From NCBI RefSeq assembly GCF_037042905.1, contig NC_087251.1:27530001-27594000 (forward strand): DNA of 64,000 nt, given 5' to 3'. The translations under genes were made by a program, and so were the position numbers. Below the pieces are notes generated by a model. It was not told where the DNA came from. It made no database searches and was given only the letters and a program-made list of their open reading frames with translations. Shown piece by piece: positions 52,233 to 64,000 of the stretch; positions within the stretch are counted from its first letter, which is position 1, and each line of letters starts with the position of its first letter. Source of the DNA: Lytechinus pictus. Lineage: Eukaryota.

Positions 52233-53664
52233 CATGGTAACGCAGATGATTTACGTGAATAAATCCCCGATCTGTATACAGATCAGTGAAAGATATATGG
52301 GATGCAACCAATGCTTAAAAAAATATGCACATTTAGAAACCAAATTTGTATCGGTAATTATATACTTTAATGTAAAGATATCAAATATGTAGTCAGAGCT
52401 TCGTCTCTTTAATTGTATGTCTCTCATTGTAACTAATTTTGTATAGTCCAATGATACTGAACAACCTGTTCTGCAATCCGTCTTAACCGGAAATCATCTC
52501 CTTAAAATATCTTCTTCACAATTGATATTCAAGAGGTTTGCAGTTAGCTTTGTCCATATGTTACCAAATAAACATATTGGACAAACACGCTTCTGGCTGG
52601 TTATTTATCAAGGCTGAACCTGTTCCTTTAAATCTCATGTGCTGAGGCGGAAGGATGTGCTTGCATTTTGGTGCGAGTTTATATCGATGTCTACTGCGTA
52701 ACGTTTGGAACCCACCTGGCTTGAATGCCATACGCAGTACGACCTTATGGATTAAACGGATGTGCCTGTCGAGTCTGCATGGGCAGTGTTCCAAATGTGC
52801 CCTTGATGGACCTTGGCAAGCAGACAAGTAATATGTAATGAATGTTTCAACATCTTTCGTTACGGCAAAAACAACAGCGGGAAAAAAATGGTTGATCCCG
52901 TATAAACACGATATGATGATATGATGATCCAGATGTACTCTCTTCTTGGAATATGTAACATTATAAATTATGACGACGATTACCTTAGAGTGATATGTAT
53001 AAAAAACATAAATAATCACGTCATTTAAAGTAGTTGTGATTGAGCAATAGAAGTATAAGTTGTAATAGTACTGCCGGTATAATGGACTTCAGAATATGAT
53101 CTTTCTACTCGAGTACTAGCAATGCAAAACAAGAATGACTTCACATCTACAGAAGAAAGCGCGCAATAACCGATGCCAATGTCTGTTCCTCATCTAATGT
53201 GGATTAATAGGAAAGGCTGCTAGGGTATTGACTATGGTTTGAATACTGGCCTTTGGATTACAAGACCACATTTCAATCAAAGAAGCGCTCGAATCTTCTG
53301 GAGGAACTCTTTTCCTTGTAGATTATCATAATTGTTCGATTTTGGGTGAAGCATTAAGCACTAATCCAGAAGGTTCAATACACTTTGTGGCTGGACAACC
53401 CACGTGACCAACAAATAAAAATATCACTGAATGGAACGTCATACACCTCCGTAATGCGTATAAATGATCATAGATTTCACACCATAGGCATGCGTGGTAT
53501 CATTAGGGACCACATGACATTTGACTTCTATCATTACTTCCTTTCCCCTTATGGAACAAATATTGAAGTCATTAATGATTTGGGTATTGGAAAGTGGTTT
53601 TGAATTCTTCATAATCAATGCTGATGTAAGGATTTTGTTCAGATAATTCCATTGCTGTATTTTC

Positions 53665-53744
53665 TTCTACTGCTACTATTACTATATATATACGATGACG
53701 ACGACGTCCACCACCACCACGCCCAATAGCACCACTACTATTAT

Positions 53745-53808
<64 letters not shown>

Positions 53809-53872
53809 GCTACTACTGCTGCTACTACTGCTACTACTGCTACTACTACTACTTCTTCTACTACTACTACTT

Positions 53873-53909
<37 letters not shown>

Positions 53910-53982
53910 AACTACTACTACTACTATACTACTACTGCTACTACTACTACTACTACTGCTACTATACTACTACTACTACTTA

Positions 53983-54033
<51 letters not shown>

Positions 54034-54125
54034 TTCTACTACTACTACTACTACTACTACTGCTACTACTACTGCTACTATAACTACTTCTAATATCACT
54101 AATACGGCTACTACTTCTACTACTT

Positions 54126-54162
<37 letters not shown>

Positions 54163-54200
54163 GACGACGACTACTACTTCTACTACTATACTCGTACTAC
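53665..54200. repeat. Long (ACT)n microsatellite
   Basis: About 500 bp of act/tac triplets with frame slips. Confidence 0.97.
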
Positions 54201-56155
54201 CATGCTATCACAAATCTCATAATGCATGTAATGTCGTAAATGCTAACACCCCATCATGCCATGGCCAACTCTTCTCCCGTTCTGTCATCATATCAAATTT
54301 AGCCGTGGTTTAATTTTCTCAAATTCCATGTTCTACTTTCGCTGGTGGTACCAACCGCCAACTCGGCTACCATCTTCCCATTACCCCCAATACAAATTAT
54401 TGGTACTTAATAATGTCAATTTTCCCTACCTCTTCCTCCCCCAAAAGGGGTGACCTTACCCCCCTCATTCCTTGGAAGTGACTTCCCCCAGTGCTGCCAC
54501 CTTCCTCAATGTACTTTTCCCTGCTCTGTAGTGCGTTCAATCATAATGAATGGACGGCAGAAAATATCTCGTTTTGACTAGAGTCATAAATCAACAAAAA
54601 TGGTTTAATATTTAAGGGAGAAAGCGCACAAAGGGGTGACCCAGTTCCCGACGCCAATTCTCCCATAGTGTTTGTTCCTCTCCTGATGGAAATAAAGTAC
54701 TATTTGGCATTGATGGAGAAAGAATGTAGCATACCAGATTTTCTTTCTGAAATCTCATTAACATACTCCGTTGTTCAATACACTAATTCTATGCAGTTAC
54801 AGGTATATATAAATTAATACGAGGTGGATAGAGATTTCGTTTGAATAGTGTGCAGAGAATTCCCTGTCAATATGATGTTGATCATCACCTTTCCCCGTTT
54901 ACATATTAATCGAAATTATGGGTAAAACACTGTTTATCAACCAAATTGTGACTTTAAACAAACAAGATGAATAGATAAATGAGTTTTTAGATAGATAGAT
55001 AAATAAATGAATAAATAAATGGATGAATGAATGGCTTGATGAATAAATAAGTATACGGTATAAATGAAAAAAAATGATTGATCATATAAATTAGTGCTAT
55101 ATTCCTCTTTTAAATATGTACTGCATGTCGAATATTGAAACATTTTAATTAGATTAATCTCATTCTAGATACATCAAATCCTATTAGTCAGACTTTTTTT
55201 TTTCACAGACAAGACGACCACAATTACCTTCTCCTGCGACAACCATGGTATATCCGTTGGTATCGCTTGGCACAATATACTGATTACTGAGCACATTAAT
55301 CAAAGTACTTCGTTGATTAAAATAGATAATTTACATTTTCCATTAATATATTCATGCTTCATGATGGAGACTTTTCAATTTAACGAAATTATCGTGACTC
55401 TTTTCCTCAACAACCCATTTTCTGAGGAACATATTTTGTTAAAAAATTATATTTTGGAGTGACAAAATAACGATATGCTAAAAGTTTTGATTATCACTAA
55501 CGCAAATAAACAAAAGGAAAATTACGAAATGGAAAAGTACAATGTTTGTGCGTGCTTGTTAATGATAAAGAGAGAAGGGTGAATAGAAAGATGGTGGTTT
55601 ATAAAGAGAGGGTGGGGAAAGGCAGATAGAGGGGAAAGAGGTGGATTGTGAGTAAGAGAGAATGGAGAGAAAAAAAAGACAGAAAAAAGACAAATGAGAC
55701 AGAGAGGCCTCGGGTAAAGACAGACATCATGAACAAAGGCCTAAAGGTAAAATCGAATGTAGGAAAAGCAAGATAAAGTAGTTCATGTTTATTTACCTTT
55801 CCAGTTCCTTCGTTAACTTGAATTGGATTGATGACTTCTCTGATGGGTCAATTTAGAGATAATTTATATTGCCCAACCATTCTTTGCGAGAGATAACTTC
55901 AATGTATTGATGGGTATCAGAGGAAACGGGTCAGAGGCAATTCTAAAGTGACCCACTCCTAACCTGTAATTAAGCAGACTTTGAGTGAAGACGAAGTCCT
56001 CTATATTTATTATGGAAATCAGCAAATAAATGGACAGAAAAGGCTTGTTGTGATAAAATAATATTTTTCTGAAGATCTGAAGTATCGGTGACATTGTTGA
56101 AACTTGTGTGCTTAATTTATTATGTTTGTGCCATTATTATCTACAGATCGATAGA

Positions 56156-56538
56156 CACGTTTCCCAGCCCATAAGGGAAATCAGGGAAAATTATGTAATT
56201 TTTGAAAGATCTGGGAATTTGATAGAAAATACCTCATATCAGTGAAAACTTCCTTAAATGAGGAAAAAATCGGGGAATTTTGATCGGCCCAAAAGTCGAA
56301 AGCACGGAAGTCAGTCACATTTTGTTATATTTTGTTGCGTATCAACATCCATTGAATGACTGGTTATGGTGGTACTAATTAGTTTTACATTATTGTTTTT
56401 ATACTAAAAAAATCACTGCAACAACTCAGAAAACATACGAAACTGGGAATGGGTTGAAATAATAATATCAGGGAATTTTTAAACTTTATCAGGGGAAACA
56501 ACAGGGAATTTTGTTTTCTTGAAAAGCTGGGAACCCTG
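56156..56538. mobile_element. hAT-like MITE with 5-bp TSD
   Basis: CACGTTTCCCAGC...GCTGGGAACCCTG; TSD ATAGA at 56151-56155 and 56539-56543; internal CAGGGAA repeats. Confidence 0.7.
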
Positions 56539-57064
56539 ATAGATGAGGAACATAAATCAATGAAGATTATAAAATGAATGATTTTATAATATCCGACTGA
56601 GAAGTGCCCGATCTGTACTGGTTTTTCTGATATTGTACATGTTGCCCCAACTTTCTCTTGAAAAGATGTTAAAAAAGTAAGAGAGTTTTCATTTTCTAAA
56701 CAGTAAACTGTAATTCAAACATTGTGGAATCATCGGATAATTATGAGGGTAACGTCCAAATTGTTTCCTTTTAGCAAAGAGAATAACTATAGCAGAAAGA
56801 TTACATTCTCTGCATGTATTTGTTCCACTGCTCGTCAAGAAGCATTTTCCCTTACTTTATTCTTCTCCTACGTTTTTGACAAGCGTCCAAGTTACTTGAT
56901 GCTCTGCGTCACTCAAATTTGGTTTAGTGGAAACAGGTGTTTAGATACATTTCGTGGAGACTTCTTTACCTCCCTGAAAAGAAGGCTTTTTTCTGTATTG
57001 TGCACGTCTCCTCACCTGTATAGTGTCAGGTTTACCAGCGTTCCCATCTTAGGCGATATACCCA

Positions 57065-57268
57065 GGTTCCATGACATTTGCTCTGGCGACAATTGCTCCG
57101 ACTGAGAATCTGCACGTCAAGCCGAACCCCAAAAACCTAACCTCCAAAACTAAATAATCCTCAATCCTTATCTTTACATTATTCTGAACCAAAAACTCTA
57201 TTACAATCCAAACTCTAATCATATGCCCTCTGAGATATTAAGACCGGAGCATTATGTCGTGTCACCTT
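57065..57268. mobile_element. Small TIR element with a degenerate CCTAAC-like core
   Basis: GGTTCCATGACATTTGCTC...GGAGCATTATGTCGTGTCACC inverted ends. Confidence 0.5.
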
Positions 57269-58169
57269 TGCCCATAATTATATACACATATTTAACTCCT
57301 GAATTCGTTGGTTTTGTCCTTTGATAGAAAATTAAGAATTTCCAGAGTTCATGGCTTTAGAATAGGTAGAATTTTATGAATGGAAATTCAATTGACCTGT
57401 TTTTGTTTTATTTTTTTAAATCTTATTTTACTCTTTTTTATAACCAAGAACATCAGCTCCTTCAAATTTGTTAATAGTTAGAGTATATTTTGTGAAAAAA
57501 ATTTGATGTAAAGAAAAGTGCACCTTATATTTTATAATGAATTATTTCTAGATAGACAGCGCTATATGAAAACCTATTATCATTATTACTATGGTCAGGA
57601 GAAAAAAAAAACAATACAATTTTTATTGACGCACGGACTAGGGATGTTCCTCGCACTTATGATATTAAGATAAATAGATGAACATATTGAGATTGAAGGA
57701 ACGGGACAAAGAGGAATAACAAGGAAGGGTAATCTAACATAGGACATTTACCAATTCCAAATGATAGTAAAAAAAACATAAGTCAAACATTATTGTGGAT
57801 GAAGACTGACCATGTAAAGAAGGCGGGAGACCAGGCATCGGGGAGGGGCATAAATGGGGGCGTGGATGATGACTCTTGTTTAGAAGCCTTCTCGTCACAA
57901 TCATGTCCCTTGTTATTTCGAAGGACGAATGACGTTTATAATTTTACCTAGCCAAGAGAGAGCGAGAGAGGGAGAGACAGACAGACAGACAGACAGACAG
58001 GCAAACAGAGAGGGAGGCAGTGGAACTGAAAGAGGGAGGGAGAGAAAGAGAGACTGCATAACAAGGAAGTAAGCCATAGGACGTGAGGTAGATGTACTAG
58101 GATTAAGGAAGGTGAAGGATGATAGGGGGATGAGCTTGGTAATATGAATTCTGACGTTTTGCTTATTAA

Positions 58170-58776
58170 AGGGATGCTCCGGACTGAAAATATTTATTTC
58201 GAAATAAATATAGGAAAATTCACAGAGCAAAATGCTGAAAATGTTATCAAAATCTGATGACAAATAGCGAAGTGATTGAATTTTAAAGTTTAGCAATAAG
58301 TTGGGAAAACAGTTATATGCACGTTGTCATGAATATTCATTAGATGGGCTGACGATGTCACATCCCCACTACCCTGTTTCTTATGTTATTACATGAAATC
58401 ATAATTGTTTCATTATTTCATAAATGTGTGAATGATATGTCTCTCTTGTCATGAAAAAAGTTGCAGCGATAAATATCTAATGCACTTCATCAGTAGTTAT
58501 TCCAATATTTTTGGTTCTTGAAGGAACAAATTTGAATAAATCTAATTTCATACATTAAAATAAAAAAAGAACAAGTGGGGATATGATATCATAAGTTTGC
58601 TCATTGAATATTCATGAAGACATGCATAGAACTGTTTCACCGGAATAATGCTTTAAAAAATAAATCTTTAAAATGCCATAACTTCGCTATTTGTCATCAG
58701 AATTTGTTTCAGCATTTTGATCTGTGAATTTACTCCATTTATCTAGACATGAATATTTTCAGCCCCGATCATCCCT
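58170..58776. mobile_element. TTAA-flanked MITE (Kolobok-like)
   Basis: TTAA|AGGGATGCTCCGGACTGAAAATATT...AATATTTTCAGCCCCGATCATCCCT|TTAA. Confidence 0.85.
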
Positions 58777-58806
58777 TTAACGATATCAGGTCTGCAAGGT
58801 ACTTTA

Positions 58807-59217
58807 AGGCCACCGCACACCTTACGACTGTTAGCGATCCGATTTTGGAACAAATCGCATTTTGCTCATTTTCTGGAAAAGTTAATGGAACATTTCATAT
58901 TATTTGAGGTTAAAATCAATTGAAAGAATACTAATAACCATTTTGAAAGATTGCAAGCCTTTATTTTGGAGTAAACGCCAAATTGGTTTCAAATCGTAGC
59001 AAATCGTACGACTGCTATGACGTCATTACGACTAGATATTAAATTCTCTTTTATTCTAAGAAGGATGATAGCATATTCACAGATTTGAACATAGGTATTC
59101 GTACGATGATTTAGAACATTACACAGTAAGATATTCCAAGTCTCAATATTAGCATCAAATTCTACTACATTTTATTCTGAAATCGGGTCGCAGACCAATC
59201 GTATAGGTATGTCGCCT
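58807..59217. mobile_element. PIF/Harbinger-like MITE
   Basis: TTA|AGGC..ACCTTACGACTG..GCGATCCGATTT / AAATCGGGTCGC..CAATCGTATAGGT..GCCT|TTA. Confidence 0.65.
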
Positions 59218-59308
59218 TTACACGTACTGCTGATGTTTCTACTATACTAACACTGCAATTGCTGCTCCTACTCTTACTGCTACTATACTGCTGCAGCTAT
59301 ACTGATAT

Positions 59309-59331
59309 TACAACAACAACAACAACAATTG

Positions 59332-59395
<64 letters not shown>
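59309..59395. repeat. (ACA)n(ACT)n microsatellite
   Basis: Pure triplet runs. Confidence 0.95.
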
Positions 59396-59396
<1 letters not shown>

Positions 59397-62300
59397 GTAT
59401 ACCATTACCACCACCACATATTACTCCTACAAACTGTATAGAGTTATTTAATGCACCCTTCATTCTTATATCGAGTCGCAAAGAGCCTAGCTATTTACCA
59501 AACTCAAGTTCGCTAAAATCTATTGTAGTTGAATCAGAATGTGACACATTATTCCAACGAGACTGAAACATAATTGATATCCGATCTTTACCGCTGATTT
59601 ATAGAGGAGAATGAGAGCGGAGATTGGTTCGGAGGGCTTCAATTCCTCTCAAGTATTTTCACGTACCAAATATAAATCATTTAAATGATGCCCAGCTATC
59701 TCAAAGGTAGAGTCTCTATCTATATTATGCTAAGATGTTAAAGAAGATGCAAGTCCCGTTGGAAGAAAAGTGATGTCATAAAATGGTCAAATCAATATCA
59801 TTTAATATGTTAGTTGCATTTTGTTTAGGCATAATTCTCATTATCAGGTCCCTCATAGGGGTTCTAAAAGTTATATGTCTTTCTTGTTGCTAATTTAAGG
59901 ATAGTCACATTCTTTCAAATCATTCCGATTTATTCAAGTAAGCCAACAAGAATGAAGGAATCTAGAAAAAACAAAAAAAAAAAACATCGTATCGTTTTCA
60001 GAGATGTGTTATACAACCCTCCATAAATAATTTGGCGTGCACTTTTCATTCATGAGCATTTGCAAAAAAGTCTCTTTACAAATTTAACTTATTAACCCCA
60101 CCCCTCCCCCAAAATATTTTTCAGGTTTTTTGTGTGAAGCTGCTTATAGTAACATTTCGAATATTTCGGTACAATTTGCATAATACTTTTGCGCTTGAAA
60201 TGTATTTTTAGATTGAAGTATAACAGATGGGTTCGATCTTTAACGAAGGTACCCTCATATAGCAAGAAGTACGCCATAAAGCGATCACCGTACTCCGGCG
60301 ATAATGCAAGCCTTTTGCAATAGGGGTAACGATCTCCTTCGGCTCAAATGCCTCCAGCAATTAAATGTTCCAGAAAGGGACTTCTCCTCGTTTCCATGGT
60401 AACGCAGGAAAGAGCTCCTTCGAAAAATCGAAATTTCAATTCATGGGTATCTCTTCTTTATTTCACCCTCCTATGGAGCTGCGTTTTATCTCCTCTTTTC
60501 GCTCTGTCGTTTGTATTTTTGTTTGGTTCTGTCACCCGCTTTCTTTTTTTCCTATCCACTCTCTCTCGCCCTCTCCCCCTCTCTCTCTCCCTCTTACCCT
60601 CTCTCTTTATCTCTCTCTTCTTTTTCCTGCCCTGATTTTCAGAATAAATCTAATGTCGGAACATGTGCCGCTTGACCTAGTGTTAAGAATATATTCTATT
60701 GAGGTATTCATGGGGGAGCTCACGAGCGAAATAGAAGTGGAGCAATCGCACCTCAACTTATCCATCGACCGGTTATCAAAGTAGAATGACACCATTAATA
60801 TAATGTCATGGTATTTTTAAACAACTCTTTGTACCTACACATTGGAGTTTGAAGATTCAAATTTGTACTACTGTCATGTGAGCAAATTATGTGTCTTCTT
60901 ACTGTCTTAGAAAACGGGGAAGAGGAAGAAAAAGAAGCAGAAAAGAAGAAGAATAACAACAACAACAACAACAGTAGCATGCAAGATGATTAGATCAGTA
61001 CCAAGAATAGGAAGGAAGAAAAAAAAAGCAACGAGAGGGGAGGTTGATGAAAAGGTGAATAAAAATGTAATATATTACATAATAATAAATTACATTCTCA
61101 TGATTGAAAATATTAGTAATCGATAGAAAATTAATTGAAAACTGTATATGATCACTTATAAAATTCGGGGTTGATTTAGTTTTTCAAGATGTAAATGAAA
61201 AAAAAAGTGTATCTTTAACAATTTTATAGGGAATATAGAGACACAAAGACAGACAAGAAAGCTGCTGTAAGAACTGCAAGATAAAAATACCCATGAAGAT
61301 TCTCAACCAATGTTGAGGGTAAGTCAACAGCGACTACCCTAAAAGCACGACTATAAATATGAATTTTATATAACATTCCCAATCTCCTCCTTCACATGCT
61401 CTTTGTTTAACTCAATTGCAGTCGATTCAATTTTCCTGAAATGGAAAATTTGCGCCCTTTTCTTCTTCAAGGACATACAATTACATCAAAATTTCATTTT
61501 CCGAGTGATTCAAGTTTTCCCGCGGTTGGCCGAAGTGGCTTTTGGCTTATAAATGGGAAAAAGGAAATCACATGATACGAAATGAATTAAAGAATAAAAA
61601 AGGAGAGACCGATTTGTGATTACGATCTCATATTTAGAAATTGTTGACCTATTTCACAAGAAAGGTGAGAATGAAATTGAATGAAAAAAAAGGATTAAAC
61701 GATGCTCTTCATTTTGTGGGAAAAGAACCCAGTATGACTATCCATGATTAGGCGTTTCCCAAACTATTTTGATTATCTAACATATGACATAACCAAAGTG
61801 CGTATAGTATTACTAATGCAAATGTTAACAATGAAACCTCTGCTTTTGATTTGTGTTATGTATGATTGAAATAAAATAGGGTAATGTAAAGTAATTCTAA
61901 GGGAATTGCTTGTCCCGACTGTGATATGCAGTTATATTGGCTAAACCAGGGAACCTGGCTAAACTATGTTTTTTATGTAAAAAATTGGGAAATGTCTGAT
62001 ATCATTTAACAATTTTGGGGCAGACAAGGAACAGTTATTCATTTTTTTAAACCAGCTTTGGTTAAACATGTAGCAAGGAACTGCAGTGATGATCATTTTG
62101 ATCAAATTATCATAATTAATTTAGTCCATTGTACTTCTTTTCTTTTCCAATAACCAATATCTACGTGGATAATCAGATATCTACAGAGTCAACTATTTAG
62201 CCTAGTGACATTTAGTTATGGTATGATCAGACACTATAGGCCACACAGTCACGTAACATCTTGGATCTGCCTACATGCGTGTGCTTATAAGAGATTGTCG

Positions 62301-62552
62301 AGGCGGATGCATTAACTTGGCATTCATCTATACTGCCATTGTTTTGCGATAAGACATGAATGTGTTAGACTAAACAGAGAGATGAACATTTGGTTAGGGC
62401 TGCTGACAGACGAAGAGTCAGAATTGTTTGATTTAAACACGCCAAGGAAAGCTCTTTATAGGGGTGATGAGAGAAGGAGATCTCTACTGAGTACTGGAGA
62501 AATGTCTAATTAACCCATGGGATGCGCTTTGATTCGATATCCCGATCGGAGA

Positions 62553-62762
62553 GCACGACGTTTTTGGAACCTTAGCGGAAGTTTAGCATTCAAATCATTA
62601 GGATGGCGTCTGAAATTCAAACGCCTGACGCTCTTAGAACCTTAGCATAAGTTTAGTATTCAAATTATCAGGATGGCATCTGTCATTCAAAGGCACGACG
62701 CTTCCTTGTGGATCCTTGGCATGATCTAAGTATTGAAATTATTCGGTTGGCATCGAAATTCG
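62553..62762. repeat. Three diverged 70-bp tandem units
   Basis: Units begin GCACGACG, GCCTGACG and GCACGACG at 62553, 62623 and 62693. Confidence 0.8.
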
Positions 62763-63942
62763 TTTTTGTCTCGCCTGCGTAGCGGAGCGAGACATAGGTA
62801 TCACTATTTCCGGCGTCGGCGTCGTCGTCGTCAACAATTGTGTTGTACACCCAATAACTTTCTATAGCTTCGAGGTGGGATCACCAAATTCATACCAGAG
62901 GTCCATCTCCTGAAGGCACAGGTCAAGTTCGAATATGAGTCAAATTGGAATAAGGTCAAAGGTCAATGAACTTTCCATGACTGGCACTGTGCTGTGTTGT
63001 ACACATAATAACTTTGTAAACCCAATAACTTTCTATAGCTTCGAGGTGGGATCACCAAATTCATACCAGAGGTCCATCTCCTGAAGGCACAGGTCAAGTT
63101 CGAATATGAGTCAAATTGGAATAAGGTCAAAGGTCAAAGGTCAATGAACTTTCCATGACTGGCACTGTGCTGTGTTGTACACATAATAACTTTCTATATC
63201 TTCGAGGTTGGATCACCAAATTCATACCAGAGGTCCATTTCCTGAAGGCACAGGTCAAGTTCGAATATGAGTCGAATTTGAATAAGGTCAAAGGTCAATG
63301 AACTTTCCATGACTGGCACTGTGATGTGTTGTACACATAATAACTTTCTATATCTTCGAGGTGGGATCACCAAATTCATACCAGATGTCCATCTCCTAAA
63401 GGCACAGGTCAAGTTCGATTATGAGTCGAATTTGAATAAGGTCAAAGGTCAATGAACTTTCCATGACTGGCATTGTGCTGTGTTGTACACACAATAACTT
63501 TGTATAGCTTCGAGGTGAGATCGCCAAATTCATAACAGAGGTCCATCTCTTGAAGGTGCAGGCCAAGTTCAAATGTGAGCCGAATTTGAATAAGGTCAAA
63601 GGTCAATGAACTTTCCATGACTGGCACTGTGCTTTGTTGTACACATAATAACTTTTTATATCTTCGAGGTAGGATTGCCAAATTCAAACAAGAGGTCCAT
63701 CTTTTGAAGGTGCAGGTCAAGTTCGAATGTGAGTTGAATTTGATTAAGGTCAAAGGTCAATGAACTTTCCATGACTGGCACTGCTGTGTTGTACACACAA
63801 TAACTTTCTATAGCTTCGAGGTGGGATCGCCAAACTCGTAACAGAGGTCCATCTAAATCATATAGCATACATGTAGTTTTGACATGCAGTCTCTTCATGA
63901 CTGCAATATGCAGGCGAGACAACGCTTGGCGTTTGCCTTGTT
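62763..63942 (+). mobile_element. Helentron-associated (HINE/DINE-1/pearl-like) element with a 154-bp tandem core array
   Basis: T-rich ends; subterminal inverted repeat TGTCTCGCCTGC (62767-62778) / GCAGGCGAGACA (63910-63921); 5' fold-back GTCTCGC..GCGAGAC; (GTC)n microsatellite; about 6.5 units of 154 bp; 3' hairpin AACGC-TTG-GCGTT. Confidence 0.85.
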
Positions 63943-64000
63943 AAACTTTGTTTTTTTATGATGAAATGGAAGGAAACCAGCTTTCACGAAAAGTGAACAT

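Noticed and set aside
53695..54093. 132-aa poly-Thr/Leu/Tyr ORF (mucin-like)
   Set aside because: It is a translation of an (ACT)n microsatellite that slips through all frames.
62839..63855. 154-bp array as a CRISPR array or a repeat-protein CDS (ORFs 63194-63922)
   Set aside because: The units are contiguous with no unique spacers and there are no cas genes. The 154-bp period is not a multiple of 3, so the ORFs are by-products.

Overview
AT-rich, repeat-dense animal genomic DNA. The repeat families and the gene style suggest an echinoderm, probably a sea urchin (inference). It is not prokaryotic: there are no operons and no CRISPR array, and almost all ORFs in the track are spurious. One intact spliced gene can be assembled by hand: a six-exon, 160-aa, four-EF-hand calmodulin/Spec-like gene on + (6456-11835). 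A second + strand transcription unit appears to start near 38.8 kb. It has three mostly non-coding exons, the third ending in ATG-CTG|GT. The rest is a patchwork of MITEs (PIF/Harbinger-, hAT-, Tc1/mariner-, piggyBac- and Kolobok-like), LINE fragments, SINEs, microsatellites and local duplications. It also holds a 4.7-kb Academ-like element whose arms carry paired octamer motifs, and a Helentron-associated (HINE-like) element with a 154-bp tandem array carrying perfect DR1 motifs. The most notable observation is a SINE family (copies at about 20990-21171 and 13944-14187, minus strand) whose head matches the Alu domain of 7SL/SRP RNA, followed by a Pol III B-box and a Deu/Nin-like segment. This is an apparently Alu-like, 7SL-derived SINE in an invertebrate. 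All family assignments come from recalled motifs and terminal signatures, not database searches.
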